A stretch of 64,000 nt of DNA from Candidatus Cloacimonadales bacterium (GCA_965140615.1 OZ223280.1:1268077-1332076); one strand, 5' to 3'; counted from the first letter of the stretch, positions 1 to 9,498 are shown. Translations and numbers: made by a program. The notes: generated by a model not told the origin, from the letters alone.

Positions 1-109
1 GGTTTATTTTGAGCATAATGAGTTTTGGGATAGGGTTTTTTTGGAGTGTGCCTTATTTTAACCAATCTATCACTCAACTATATTTGGAAGTATTGCAAAT
101 TAAGAGGTG

Positions 110-124
110 TGAAGTTGTAATTTA
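110..124. repeat. Left copy of the 15-bp target-site duplication (TGAAGTTGTAATTTA) for IS copy A
   Basis: Identical 15-mer lies immediately outside both IS ends; its right copy is at 1346-1360. Confidence 0.75.
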
Positions 125-1345
125 TGGAAACTCCACACTAAAAGTATCCACCCCAAGTTAGTGATTTGTAATTGGCTGGTTTATGATAAAATGGAAAAGT
201 TAATTAGAAAAATGGAGAAATAGTCTGTAAAAAAAATGGTCAAATCAGCCGTGAGAGCTGTAATTTGACCATTATGAATAAATATATAGACAATCTGAAA
301 ATTATGAGTAGAAAAGACAAGAAATTTTATCGGAAAAATTTGGTGAAATTTGCAAATGAAACATCTATTTCCGATGCAGCTAGAGAATTTGAAACCACTA
401 GAAAAACTGTGCGAAAGTGGGTCAAAGCCTATAAAGAAAAGGGCGAGGATGGTCTGGTTAATAAATCTCGAAAAGAGCAAAATTTCCCAAATCGCTTAAA
501 ATCTGAGATAATAGAGGAAATAGTAGTTTGTCGCAAAAAGGCAAAAAATCGCTGGGGAGCTAGGCGAATTATTGACCATTTACAGTTAAATTGTTCAGCT
601 TCAACTGTTCATAAAAAGCTCTGTGATGCTGGTTTGGTAAAGAAAAAGAAACGGAAATATCAGCAACGCAAAGATTTAAGTGAAATGCGAGCTAGGGCAA
701 AACCTTTTGAAAAAATCCAAGTGGATATTAAGTATTTGACCGATATGCCAGAATTGTTTGAGGGGATTAAGTACAAAAATTATCCTCGCTATCAAATCAC
801 TGCTAGAGACTACAAAACTGGCATGCAATTTATCGGTTATTGCTATGAGAAAACAGCCGTAAATGCAGGGATTTATATCGATTTTTTGTCTAAAAGATTA
901 AAGAGTTGTGGTGTTGATCTTTCCAAAGTTACTTTTCAGACCGACAATGGCTCAGAGTTTGTGAGTCCGAAGAAAAAGGGTATGAGCTTTTTTCAAAAAA
1001 GTGTGCAAATAAATGGTGCTAATCATTCGCTTATCCCTAAAGGTTCGCCTACTTTTAATTCGGATGTTGAGAGTGCTCATCGGCTGGTAGAGGATGAGTT
1101 TTATCTGATTGATGAATTTGATGATTGCAACGATTTTGTGCGTAAAGCACACAGTTATACGCTGTATTTTAACCATTTAAGAGGAAACAGAGGGCGAAAA
1201 GGTAAGACTCCGAAGCAAATTTTGCGGGAAAATTCTAGGAAGCCCAATTTTAATGTTTTGAACATTAGCCCAATAATCACAGATTATTATTTAAAAGATA
1301 TAGAAAAAATAAATAAGGGTGGATACTTTTACTGTGTACCGCCCA
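125..1345 (+). mobile_element. IS element copy A, about 1221 bp with a single DDE transposase ORF (IS481-like by organisation). Imperfect terminal inverted repeats: left TGGAAACTCCACACTAAAAGTATCCACCCC, right (reverse-complemented) GGGCGGTACACAGTAAAAGTATCCACCC. Flanked by a perfect 15-bp direct repeat.
   Basis: Three near-identical copies in the window share the same ends (…GGAGTTTCCA / GTGTACCGCCCA) and diverge immediately outside them. Copy A is flanked by TGAAGTTGTAATTTA at 110-124 and at 1346-1360. Confidence 0.8.
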
Positions 1346-1356
1346 TGAAGTTGTAA
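265..1356 (+). CDS. DDE transposase with an N-terminal HTH and an rve/integrase core (IS481-like). The ORF has no stop codon inside the IS and terminates in flanking DNA.
   Basis: 363-aa ORF with D (QVDIKY), D (QTDNGSEF) and E (ESAHRLVEDEF) catalytic spacing. The C-termini of the three copies diverge after ...YFYCVPP, exactly at the IS boundary. Confidence 0.8.
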   Translation: MTIMNKYIDNLKIMSRKDKKFYRKNLVKFANETSISDAAREFETTRKTVRKWVKAYKEKGEDGLVNKSRKEQNFPNRLKSEIIEEIVVCRKKAKNRWGARRIIDHLQLNCSASTVHKKLCDAGLVKKKKRKYQQRKDLSEMRARAKPFEKIQVDIKYLTDMPELFEGIKYKNYPRYQITARDYKTGMQFIGYCYEKTAVNAGIYIDFLSKRLKSCGVDLSKVTFQTDNGSEFVSPKKKGMSFFQKSVQINGANHSLIPKGSPTFNSDVESAHRLVEDEFYLIDEFDDCNDFVRKAHSYTLYFNHLRGNRGRKGKTPKQILRENSRKPNFNVLNISPIITDYYLKDIEKINKGGYFYCVPPMKL

Positions 1357-1360
1357 TTTA
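1346..1360. repeat. Right copy of the 15-bp target-site duplication for IS copy A
   Basis: TGAAGTTGTAATTTA, identical to 110-124. Confidence 0.75.
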
Positions 1361-1433
1361 AGGGTTGACAACAAACAGGCAATCAAAACATTAGCTCTAT
1401 TAAAATGAAATAGTAGAAACAGGAGACTAGCAG

Positions 1434-1751
1434 ATGTACGCAATAGTTGATTTTAAAGGGATGCAGTTTAAAGCTGAAAAAGATAAAGTGATTAAAGTAC
1501 CTTTTCTTAGTGGTGTTGAGATTGGTGCTAATATGAGTTTGGATAGCGTGATTTTTTATAAAGATGACCAAGATGTAGTTTTGGGTACTCCAGTGGTGGA
1601 TGGTACCAAAGTTTCCATTGAGGTGATAGCTCATAAAAAAGAAAAAAAAGTGATCGTTTTCAAAAAGAAGAGAAGAAAAGGTTACCGCAGAACTCAAGGG
1701 CACAGACAAGATTTCACTGAGATAAAAGTAAAAGATATAGTAAGGAGCTAA
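1434..1751 (+). CDS. rplU: 50S ribosomal protein bL21
   Basis: 105-aa [25 protein letters not shown]... with a typical bL21 sequence. GGAG Shine-Dalgarno 8 nt upstream. Followed immediately by rpmA. Confidence 0.9.
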   Translation: MYAIVDFKGMQFKAEKDKVIKVPFLSGVEIGANMSLDSVIFYKDDQDVVLGTPVVDGTKVSIEVIAHKKEKKVIVFKKKRRKGYRRTQGHRQDFTEIKVKDIVRS

Positions 1752-1754
1752 CCA

Positions 1755-2003
1755 ATGGCACATAAGAAAGGGGTCGGATCATCCAAAAACGGCAGAGACA
1801 GTAATCCTAAGTATCTGGGTGTGAAGAAGTACGGTGGTGAGAGCGTAATTGCTGGAAATATCATCGTTCGTCAAAGAGGCACTAAACTCAAGCCGGGCAA
1901 AAATGTCGGTTTGGGCAAAGATCACACTATTTTCAGCTTGGTAGATGGTAATGTACAGTTTTCTACAGGCAGAAATGGACGGAAGTTCGTGAATGTAGTG
2001 TAA
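1755..2003 (+). CDS. rpmA: 50S ribosomal protein bL27
   Basis: 82-aa [31 protein letters not shown]... Confidence 0.92.
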   Translation: MAHKKGVGSSKNGRDSNPKYLGVKKYGGESVIAGNIIVRQRGTKLKPGKNVGLGKDHTIFSLVDGNVQFSTGRNGRKFVNVV

Positions 2004-2021
2004 GCGTATTTTTTTTAATAG

Positions 2022-2056
2022 GAGCAAACTTGTTTAGAGAGTTTGCTCTTTTTTAT
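2022..2056 (+). terminator. Rho-independent terminator after rpmA
   Basis: Stem GAGCAAACT paired with AGTTTGCTC around a 9-nt loop, followed by TTTTTTAT. Confidence 0.6.
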
Positions 2057-2075
2057 ATTATAAGGGAGAGTAAGT

Positions 2076-2405
2076 ATGACTCGAATGTTAGAGATTAAAC
2101 TTTTCAAGATTTTTAGTACGATTTTGCAGAAAAATATAGATGACCCTGTTTTGCAGTTTGTTAGCATTAATGATGTAAAGATTGCCAAAGATTTGTCGTT
2201 GGCGAATGTATATGTTTCTTGTTTCGATCCTAATAAGAAAAAAGCGGAAGTTTTGCAACATTTGACGAAGAGTTCAGGCGTTTTCAAAAGTGAGCTGGCG
2301 AAGCTGAAAACAATCCGCAGGATACCAGAGATGAAGTTTATTTATGATGATACCACGGAAAAAGCTGTCAATTTGAGTCAGAAGATAGAAAAGCTGACGC
2401 GATAA
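2076..2405 (+). CDS. rbfA: Ribosome-binding factor A
   Basis: 109-aa ORF with an RbfA-like profile (..ILQKNIDDPVLQFVSINDVKIAKDLSLANVYVS..). Confidence 0.7.
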   Translation: MTRMLEIKLFKIFSTILQKNIDDPVLQFVSINDVKIAKDLSLANVYVSCFDPNKKKAEVLQHLTKSSGVFKSELAKLKTIRRIPEMKFIYDDTTEKAVNLSQKIEKLTR

Positions 2406-2511
2406 TAGGAGAAATTTTCTAGGAGTTTTATTTATAAACTTGACAATAAATTTATAAGATAGTTTTCGGGTATGTTGGAAATTAATTTATAAAAAAAGAG
2501 GAAGGTATATT

Positions 2512-4140
2512 ATGAAAAAAAGAATGATGTTATTTTGGTTGATGGCTTTGAGTGCTCTTATGTTTTCTTGTTTTGACTCATCTACCAGTAGTTCAGACAG
2601 CAGTTCAGATTCTGACGATGGTTCTGGGAGTACAGAAAAGATTTCGGTAACTTTGTCGGCTCCAGCGAACGGTGCGAAAGACCAGATGTTGAGTGTGGGA
2701 TTATCTTGGAGTGGTGATGCTACTAGCTATGATTTGTATGTAGGGAGCTCATCTGAAAGTATGGATTTAAAGAAAGCAGATATTATTGGTACGAGCTATA
2801 CTTTGTCTGGGTTGGAGGTTAGCACTAATTACTGTTGGAAGTTGGTGGCTAAGAAAAGTGGATGTGAAGATGTGACTAGCGAAGTCTGGAGTTTCACTAC
2901 TGGGAATTATGGAGTGAGTTTGGCATCTCCAGAAGCAGGTGGAAAAGTATATCAAAAAGAGGTAGAGTTAACTTGGAGTGGTAATGCTGATAGTTATGAT
3001 CTTTATATAGGAACGACTGCTGAAAATATGGTTTCAAAGCAGGGTTGGTCAACCAACAAGAGTTACACATATACGCCAGATTATGGCACTTATTATTGGA
3101 AAATTGTCGGTAAATTTGGGACTAAGATTATAGAAACAGCTGTTAATAGCTTTACGACTGTTGAGCTAACTAGAGCGGAGCTTGATGTTTTAGTTGCTTC
3201 TGGTGTAGATCTTTCTAAAAATGTGGATGTTTCTGGTGTTACCGATATGAGCAATCTTTTTAAGGATAGAGCAACTTTTAATGATGATATTAGTGGTTGG
3301 GATGTGAGTAATGTTACTAATATGTCAGGTATGTTTAATGGAGCAACTGCTTTTAATCAAGAGATTGGTGGTTGGACTGTGAGTAATGTTACTAATATGT
3401 CAGGTATGTTTAATGGAGCAACTGCTTTTAATCAAGAGATTGGTGGTTGGACTGTGAGTAATGTTACTGATATGTCAAATATGTTTAAGCTAGCTTCTTC
3501 TTTTGATAAACCTATAGGAGGCTGGGATGTGAGTAAAGTTACTAATATGTTAGGAATGTTTATGAATGCTTCTTCTTTTGATAAGCCTATAGGAGGCTGG
3601 GATGTGAGTAAAGTTACTAATATGCTAGGTTTATTTAGTGGGGCGACAAACTTTAATCAAGATATTAGCGGATGGATTACTGAAAGTGCTACAACAATGG
3701 ACTGCATGTTTGCAAATACAGAAAATTTTAATGCGGATATTAGTGGTTGGAATGTGAGTAAAGTTGAGCAGTTTGGTTATATGTTCATTAATGCAAAATC
3801 TTTTAATAGAGATCTTAATAATTGGGATGTTTCTAGTGCTAAAGGAATGGGACGTATGTTTAGTAATGCAGTAAAATTTAATTGTGATTTGGATAAATGG
3901 AATGACAAAGTGGGTAATGTTACCTATATGCGTGAGATGTTTTCTGGTGCGACAATTTTTAATGGAAACATCTCTGGTTGGAAAACTGAAAATAATAAAA
4001 GCATGACAGGAATGTTTGAAAATGCTACTAGTTTTAATCAAGACCTTAGTGGCTGGGATGTAAGCAGCTTAGAAGAATATGATGACTATGATAAAGGTAT
4101 TGAAAGCACATGGACATTGGCTAGGCCGAATTTTAATTAA
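2512..4140 (+). CDS. BspA-family / DUF285 repeat surface lipoprotein. It has a signal peptide with a lipobox-like ..LMFSC, a Ser/Asp-rich linker, two ~85-aa duplicated domains and about 11 copies of the ~25-aa GWDVSxVTNMxxMF repeat.
   Basis: Repeats [24 protein letters not shown] and similar. The N-terminal [24 protein letters not shown] is followed by [15 protein letters not shown]. Confidence 0.75.
   Translation: MKKRMMLFWLMALSALMFSCFDSSTSSSDSSSDSDDGSGSTEKISVTLSAPANGAKDQMLSVGLSWSGDATSYDLYVGSSSESMDLKKADIIGTSYTLSGLEVSTNYCWKLVAKKSGCEDVTSEVWSFTTGNYGVSLASPEAGGKVYQKEVELTWSGNADSYDLYIGTTAENMVSKQGWSTNKSYTYTPDYGTYYWKIVGKFGTKIIETAVNSFTTVELTRAELDVLVASGVDLSKNVDVSGVTDMSNLFKDRATFNDDISGWDVSNVTNMSGMFNGATAFNQEIGGWTVSNVTNMSGMFNGATAFNQEIGGWTVSNVTDMSNMFKLASSFDKPIGGWDVSKVTNMLGMFMNASSFDKPIGGWDVSKVTNMLGLFSGATNFNQDISGWITESATTMDCMFANTENFNADISGWNVSKVEQFGYMFINAKSFNRDLNNWDVSSAKGMGRMFSNAVKFNCDLDKWNDKVGNVTYMREMFSGATIFNGNISGWKTENNKSMTGMFENATSFNQDLSGWDVSSLEEYDDYDKGIESTWTLARPNFN
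3304..3453 (+). repeat. Two perfect tandem 75-bp repeats inside the BspA-like gene; a further near-identical 75-bp pair lies at ~3494-3640
   Basis: 3304-3378 and 3379-3453 are identical 75-mers, each encoding 25 aa in frame. Confidence 0.85.
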
Positions 4141-4161
4141 AGAGTAGAACTATGATATCAA

Positions 4162-4197
4162 ATGCGGACACTTTAGAAGGTGTTCGCATTTTTTTTG
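4162..4197 (+). terminator. Rho-independent terminator after the BspA-like gene
   Basis: AATGCGGACAC ... GTGTTCGCATT hairpin (one G·U pair) followed by a T8 run. Confidence 0.6.
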
Positions 4198-4629
4198 TTT
4201 TTATTGCTCTCTTATTAGAGGGGTGTTCATTTTCTTTTGTAACCAGAAGAAATAACGAACCCAAAAGAAAAGTTTCTTTTATCGTTTTTTGGTAATATAG
4301 TTCTTCGCTTTTCAGCGTAGCTCAGTCGGTATAAGTAATACTAATCTATTTGCTTAAAGTTTTTTATTAACTTGCCTTGCCCTGACGGCATTCTAGGTCT
4401 TGTTGTTGTACTAGCTTGTCTGCTGAGTTAGTGGCTATATGCAGGGCTTGGGTTTCTTTTTTAGGATTACTATAAAAGAATTTAAGTCCGAATTACAGCC
4501 TATGTGAAGGAAGTTTTTAGTTTTGCAAGTTGCTTAGGTTTTTGATTTTTTTTTCAGTAAAAGAAGAGAGTTGACATACTACGATAGTAGCCAAAGAAGA
4601 GGTAGACTTACGCTAAAAGCGAAATTTAG

Positions 4630-5475
4630 TTACCACCTCTTATGCATCCAAAACCATTGCTCAGGATATTTTAAGATATATTTTTCTAAAGATTTGCTGA
4701 TTGCTTTGGTGAGCTCGGGAATTTGCTTTTTGGTGTATTTGCTTCCGTCTATTGGCTTTTCGGCGATAACCTTGAAGCCTTTGGCTGTACGAACACAGAT
4801 GATGGGTTGGAGCATTGCTCCAGATTTTATAGCGAATTTGGCGGGACCTTGGAAAACAGATGCTGGTATCCCTAGCCAAGTTTGCTTTAGTCCAACTTTA
4901 CGGGCGTTTTGGTCGACCATTATACCGATGCCTTCGTCGTTTTTTAGAGCGGTTAGCGTGCCTTTGAAGGCGTTTTCTAGAAAGATACTGGGCACGCCAT
5001 TGCTAAGGCGGATATTTTCGATGTATCTATCTAAGTGGGTGTTTCGCATCCTTTTTGCTAGTCCGTTCACTTTTAGGTGCATTATTTCTGTCATATATTT
5101 CATGCCGATTTCCCAGTTGCCTATGTGCAGATTTGGATAGATGACCCCTTTGTGTTGGGCTATGGAGTGTTGCAAGTGTTTAAGCCCTTCGAACTCAAAA
5201 TTTCGCAGGAGTTTTCTTTGGTTGCAAAAGAAAAATTCGTAGGCGAGTAGTCCCAAGTTGTGGTAGATTTTTTGGCAAAGAGTTTTAATCTCGGCAGGCG
5301 ATTTTTGAGGAAAGACCAGTTTGAGTTGCTTGATGACCAGCTTCTTTCTGATGGGAATTAGCCTAGTGAGGCGTGTGAGAAGTAGCTTTTGCAAAAAGCC
5401 GGGGAGCGGTGTGAGTAGAGCCTTGAATGTGAGAAAAGCGAAATACTCGCAGAAGTTTTTTTGAGCTTTACTCAT
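4630..5475 (-). CDS. Lipid A biosynthesis late acyltransferase (LpxL/HtrB family)
   Basis: 281-aa ORF ending ...YPEQWFWMHKRW, characteristic of Kdo2-lipid IVA acyltransferases; lysophospholipid acyltransferase-like core. Confidence 0.65.
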   Translation of the reverse strand: MSKAQKNFCEYFAFLTFKALLTPLPGFLQKLLLTRLTRLIPIRKKLVIKQLKLVFPQKSPAEIKTLCQKIYHNLGLLAYEFFFCNQRKLLRNFEFEGLKHLQHSIAQHKGVIYPNLHIGNWEIGMKYMTEIMHLKVNGLAKRMRNTHLDRYIENIRLSNGVPSIFLENAFKGTLTALKNDEGIGIMVDQNARKVGLKQTWLGIPASVFQGPAKFAIKSGAMLQPIICVRTAKGFKVIAEKPIDGSKYTKKQIPELTKAISKSLEKYILKYPEQWFWMHKRW

Positions 5476-6247
5476 AATAGGTGTCCAATCTTTTGTTCCA
5501 GCCAGCTAGCCAGCTTTTTTCGTGTGGTGCTAGCTTTATCCTACGGTTAAGGACATATTTGGCTGCGTTGGCAAAGTCGTGAGCGGGTGAGTTTGTGGTG
5601 GTCTGCATACTCTCTAGGACTTGCAATAGCCCCCAGTAGTTGCCGTCGTAGGACTCTTTGGGGTCTAGTCCTTCGCCTTTGAAGTTCACATAGTCGAGCA
5701 TGGCATACACTCCGTTCATCGATTTGGAAAGTTTTTTGATGTTGTTTTTCACTTTTTCTTTCTGTGAGCTTTTTTTTAGCATATTGGGGATAGATTGTTG
5801 CAGGCGAAGCACGAGGAAGTCCGTTTGCTCTTGGCGAGAGTTTTGCAGGAATTTGTAAAGTTGCTCTTTTTTGTCAGAGTCGGCACTGCTATAGAAATCT
5901 TCTTCGCTTTGCCAAGGGCAGCTCGTGGTGTCTGTGAGCCACTCGGGTAGTGGATAGTTGCTCTTTTGCAAGTAAGAAAGCAGTAAGGAGAAGCTCTCCA
6001 CAAAGTGTTTTTTTTGCCCTTGCGGATACCAGATGAAGTGGGCGATGCCTAGTGAGAGGAAGTTTTCTTGCTTGTTCCATTGCAAGAGCTTGGCGTGTCG
6101 CAGGTCTGTTTCGTTGATGAAAATCCGTTGAGAAAGAAGTGCTGCTTGAGTTTTGGAGATGTGAATGTCGATAGAGCTTAATTTATTACAAAACAAACTA
6201 AATATGGTAAAAAGAAAAAAGCATAATATTTTATATTTTGAGTTCAT
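5468..6247 (-). CDS. Hypothetical exported protein with an N-terminal signal peptide
   Basis: 259-aa ORF. The N-terminal hydrophobic stretch KILCFFLFTIFSLFC fits a signal peptide. No family recognised. Confidence 0.35.
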   Translation of the reverse strand: MNSKYKILCFFLFTIFSLFCNKLSSIDIHISKTQAALLSQRIFINETDLRHAKLLQWNKQENFLSLGIAHFIWYPQGQKKHFVESFSLLLSYLQKSNYPLPEWLTDTTSCPWQSEEDFYSSADSDKKEQLYKFLQNSRQEQTDFLVLRLQQSIPNMLKKSSQKEKVKNNIKKLSKSMNGVYAMLDYVNFKGEGLDPKESYDGNYWGLLQVLESMQTTTNSPAHDFANAAKYVLNRRIKLAPHEKSWLAGWNKRLDTYYE

Positions 6248-6337
6248 ACTTCCTTTGTTATTATGTAGTTAATGATTTTATGTATTTTATGCAAAAAAAA
6301 GTTGTTGCTAATTCGAGCAAGTAAATTTTGTTTTTTT

Positions 6338-6366
6338 TTGACACTTGGTCTAATAGGTAAATATTG
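6338..6366 (+). promoter_or_regulatory. Candidate sigma70-like promoter for engB: TTGACA, 17-bp spacer, ATATTG
   Basis: TTGACA at 6338-6343; an AT-rich -10-like hexamer 17 bp downstream. Confidence 0.3.
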
Positions 6367-6403
6367 GCGTTGTTAAATATATAATAAAGAAGTAGGTTTA
6401 ATT

Positions 6404-6991
6404 TTGATAAGAGTAGTAGAGTCCAGTTTTGTAACGAGTGCTGTAAAGCCAGATGGTTATCCGCCTGTAACTTGCAAGGAGGTGGCTTTCGTGGGTAGAT
6501 CCAATGTGGGGAAGTCTTCGATGATAAACACCATCTTGGGGCGTAAGTTGCTGGCAAAAATTTCGGGTCGCCCGGGCAAGACTCAGCTGATTAATTTCTT
6601 TCGTGTGGTGAGTAAAGACGATGAGCAAGATTTGAAAGGGGAGCTTAGTTTTGTGGATTTGCCGGGTTACGGCTACGCCAAGGTAAACCTGCGGGAGAAA
6701 GAGAATTGGCGAGCGATGATCCAGAAATATATTACAAGGCGACCGCAATTGTTGGGAGTAGTAATTTTGGTTGATATTAGGCACAAGCTGGATTTTAAGG
6801 ATCAGCTGATGCGAGAGATGTTGGAGGAGCAAAATATTGCTTATCTGATGGTGGCAACTAAGTGTGATAAGCTGGCTGCGAGCAAGATACACTCGATATG
6901 TAAGAAAAATTTCCCTTTTGAGGTTTTGCCTTTTTCGTCTAAGAGTAAAAAAGGTGTGGAGAAAGTGCTGAAATGGATAAACGAGCTTTAA
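6404..6991 (+). CDS. engB: Ribosome biogenesis GTP-binding protein EngB/YsxC (YihA); probable TTG start
   Basis: AFVGRSNVGKSSMIN (G1 motif), DLPGYGY (G3 motif), TKCDK (G4 motif). Confidence 0.85.
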   Translation: MIRVVESSFVTSAVKPDGYPPVTCKEVAFVGRSNVGKSSMINTILGRKLLAKISGRPGKTQLINFFRVVSKDDEQDLKGELSFVDLPGYGYAKVNLREKENWRAMIQKYITRRPQLLGVVILVDIRHKLDFKDQLMREMLEEQNIAYLMVATKCDKLAASKIHSICKKNFPFEVLPFSSKSKKGVEKVLKWINEL

Positions 6992-7998
6992 TCTTTTTTT
7001 TGATTTTTGGTCTTGGCTTTGGTTACGCTGGTCAGGAGCAAAAGTTGGACATCGTGCTGGAAGAGATAAAAGAGCAGAAGCAAGAGATAGGTAGGATTAA
7101 GAGCCAGCAAAGCCAATATTCGCAGAAGATGGATGTTTATAGTAAGAAGCTCAAAAATGCTCAGTCTCGGATGAAATATTTGCAGGGTAAATACTCTGGA
7201 AAGAGTGAAGAGAAACGAAAACTAAGCGAGCAGATACTGGATCTGAAAGAGAGGATAAAGGAGATTAAGACGCTTTATCTTTTGTCTTTCACGAGGCTCT
7301 ACGAGGCGGAATATATAGAGGAAGAGCCGATAAATTCTAGTGTGCTTAGTTTTTTGGTAAGAAAATCAGATCAGAAAGTTGCTCAGTACAGTCAGAAAAA
7401 TGTTAAGCTGGTGAACAGTGAGGTGAGTCTGAACAGACAGATAAAAGAGCTGGAGCAAAAAAGGGAGAAGGAGCAGGAGAACATCTCCTTTTCTCGCTAT
7501 GTAACCTCGGCAGTGAGCAAAAATCTGGCAGAGAGCAAGAAGAAAGAGAAAGAGGTCAGCAAGAAGCTGGCTTTTTTGCAAGAGGAGCGGGACAAACTGG
7601 AGAAGATTATCGCCGATCTGAAACTGGAAAAGCAGATTACGGGCTACTCGTACAAGTTCACCGCTCCGTACATATTGTGGCCAGTAAAGGGTAAAGTGGT
7701 GGATAACGAGCTGATACGCAGTGGGTTGGATATTTGTACGCAAGACAAGTATTGCAAAGCTGTGGACGATGGAGTGGTGGTGGATTACAAAAAAATTGGC
7801 AACAAGAAGTGCTTGGTGGTAGACCACCGCAACGGGTATATCAGCTTGTATGTGTACAAAGGCAATACGCTGGCAGAGTTGCGGGGCAAGGTGAAACGCG
7901 GTCAAAACTTGGTGGAGTTGAATTCGGACATTATTCACTTTGAGTTGCGAAAAGATTCGAAAGAGTCTGTAGACCCGCGGTTCTTCTTTGAGCAATAG
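6973..7998 (+). CDS. EnvC-like protein: long coiled-coil region plus a C-terminal degenerate LytM (M23) domain
   Basis: Lys/Glu-rich coiled coil. The C-terminal stretch ..VVDHRNGYISLYVY...IIHFELRKD is M23-like but lacks a full HxH motif. Confidence 0.55.
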   Translation: MDKRALIFFLIFGLGFGYAGQEQKLDIVLEEIKEQKQEIGRIKSQQSQYSQKMDVYSKKLKNAQSRMKYLQGKYSGKSEEKRKLSEQILDLKERIKEIKTLYLLSFTRLYEAEYIEEEPINSSVLSFLVRKSDQKVAQYSQKNVKLVNSEVSLNRQIKELEQKREKEQENISFSRYVTSAVSKNLAESKKKEKEVSKKLAFLQEERDKLEKIIADLKLEKQITGYSYKFTAPYILWPVKGKVVDNELIRSGLDICTQDKYCKAVDDGVVVDYKKIGNKKCLVVDHRNGYISLYVYKGNTLAELRGKVKRGQNLVELNSDIIHFELRKDSKESVDPRFFFEQ

Positions 7999-8008
7999 GT
8001 GACTGGCG

Positions 8009-8560
8009 ATGAGTAATATCAACCTTCACTTCACAGGGAAAATGTTTGGAATGGGAGCCTCGCTAGACGATTTGGCGTCTTTGCAAGCGATAAACCGACT
8101 CAAAAGAAGAGATGATGGGAAATCTTTTATTGTTCTTTTGGCGAATATAGAAGATTTGTGGAAGTATGTGGGATTTGATAGTAAATTAGAGAAATTTTTG
8201 AGTAAACTTTGGGCAGGAGAGCTTACGGTGATATTGCCTTGCTCTGCGTTGCCACACCTGTCTGTGGACGGGTTTGTTGCCTTCAGAGTGCCGAGCGATG
8301 AGCAGTTGCGACTAAAGTTACAAGAGGGAGCGATTGTCAGTACGAGCGTCAATGTTTCTGGGCAAGCACCACTGACAAGCTACGAGCAGATATTAAAGCA
8401 GCATACCGCTTGGTTTGATGAGGACTGGGTGCCTGCGGACATCACTAGGGCAGATGGGACCCCATCCACGCTGGTGAAGGTGGACAAGGGGCAGTTGACC
8501 TGCTTACGAGAGGGTTCGCTCCCATTTACCAAGGTGCAGGAGGTGTGGGCATGCTCTTAG
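8009..8560 (+). CDS. tsaC: L-threonylcarbamoyladenylate synthase (TsaC/YrdC family)
   Basis: YrdC-like fold with the signature ..IVSTSVNVSGQAPL.. Confidence 0.7.
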   Translation: MSNINLHFTGKMFGMGASLDDLASLQAINRLKRRDDGKSFIVLLANIEDLWKYVGFDSKLEKFLSKLWAGELTVILPCSALPHLSVDGFVAFRVPSDEQLRLKLQEGAIVSTSVNVSGQAPLTSYEQILKQHTAWFDEDWVPADITRADGTPSTLVKVDKGQLTCLREGSLPFTKVQEVWACS

Positions 8561-9498
8561 ATAAATTACTGCATTATCGAAAGATAGGAATATTTACGCA
8601 TAAGCAACCCGATGCGGACGCTCTGGGCTCGTGTTTCGCCTTGCAGATGGTGCTTGGGCACTCCAGAGCGGTTGTGGTGCTGGAGTCGCAGCTATCCGAC
8701 GCTCTTTTTGCAGAGTTTGGTGCTGTGAGTACTCAAGTTGCAGAAGAAGAGCTGGAAGCTGTGGTGGTGTTGGATGCTCACCAAAAGGGCAGGCTTGGCA
8801 AGTGGGAAGAGTTTGTGGGGAGCTTTAGCAAAGATGTCTTTGTGATAGACCATCATCAGCTGGGCGATGATAAACTGCCCAGTACCAGCCAGATAATAGA
8901 CACCAGTGCGGTGAGTACGGGGGTTTTGGTCTTTGCAATGTGCAGACACTTGGTCTCGGGCTGGAACGAACTCAAGAGGGCGAAATTTGCCAGAGCTATC
9001 TATTACACGATCCTTGGCGATACAGATGGCTTTCAGAATCGTAACTTGGATGCCAACTGCTTTGCGGTCTGCTCTACCTTGCTGGAGTGGGGAGTAGACC
9101 CTGCCAAAGCGTACGAAGAGTTTTTTTGCAAGATGAGCCTGCGAGAGCTGGAGTATTTGGCAAAAGTTTATAAAACTATAAAATCGCACGAGCAAGGTAA
9201 GATTGTGTTTGCTTTTAGCGATATGGAATTGCACGAAAGGCTTGGGTTTGTTTACGATGAGCTTCCCGATGTGGTCGGCAGGCTTAAGCGTCTCAAAGAT
9301 TATCAGATTATTGTCTTTTTCAAAGAGCGAGAAAAGGGGCTGTACAAGCTTAGTTTTCGCTCTAAGTCGGCAGATGTGCGAGCAATATGTAGCAATTATG
9401 GCGGAGGTGGACACCTGCTGGCGGCGGGCTGTGAGGTAGCAGACGATAGACAAAAGATAGAAAAGGCGATACTCGGGTTATGCAAGAAACAGCTTTGA
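8545..9498 (+). CDS. nrnA: DHH/DHHA1 phosphoesterase (NrnA-like oligoribonuclease / pAp phosphatase)
   Basis: HKQPDADALGS, DHHQ, and a C-terminal GGGGH motif. Confidence 0.75.
   Translation: MGMLLDKLLHYRKIGIFTHKQPDADALGSCFALQMVLGHSRAVVVLESQLSDALFAEFGAVSTQVAEEELEAVVVLDAHQKGRLGKWEEFVGSFSKDVFVIDHHQLGDDKLPSTSQIIDTSAVSTGVLVFAMCRHLVSGWNELKRAKFARAIYYTILGDTDGFQNRNLDANCFAVCSTLLEWGVDPAKAYEEFFCKMSLRELEYLAKVYKTIKSHEQGKIVFAFSDMELHERLGFVYDELPDVVGRLKRLKDYQIIVFFKEREKGLYKLSFRSKSADVRAICSNYGGGGHLLAAGCEVADDRQKIEKAILGLCKKQL

Noticed and set aside
181-480. 99-aa minus-strand ORF inside the IS copy A leader. Equivalent ORFs occur inside copies B and C at 38764-39045 and 39743-40141, and at 952-1176, 38026-38292 and 39104-39370.
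   Set aside because: They are antisense or overlapping the transposase gene, with low-complexity hydrophobic sequence and no recognisable domain. They repeat only because the IS itself is repeated.
4571-5140. 189-aa plus-strand ORF overlapping lpxL
   Set aside because: Entirely antisense to a well-supported LpxL-family gene, and lacks family features.
7366-8022. 218-aa minus-strand ORF within the EnvC-like gene
   Set aside because: Antisense shadow of a coiled-coil gene, with Leu/Gln-rich low complexity.
8692-9453. 253-aa minus-strand ORF within nrnA
   Set aside because: Antisense to a DHH/DHHA1 gene that has clear motifs; no domain of its own.
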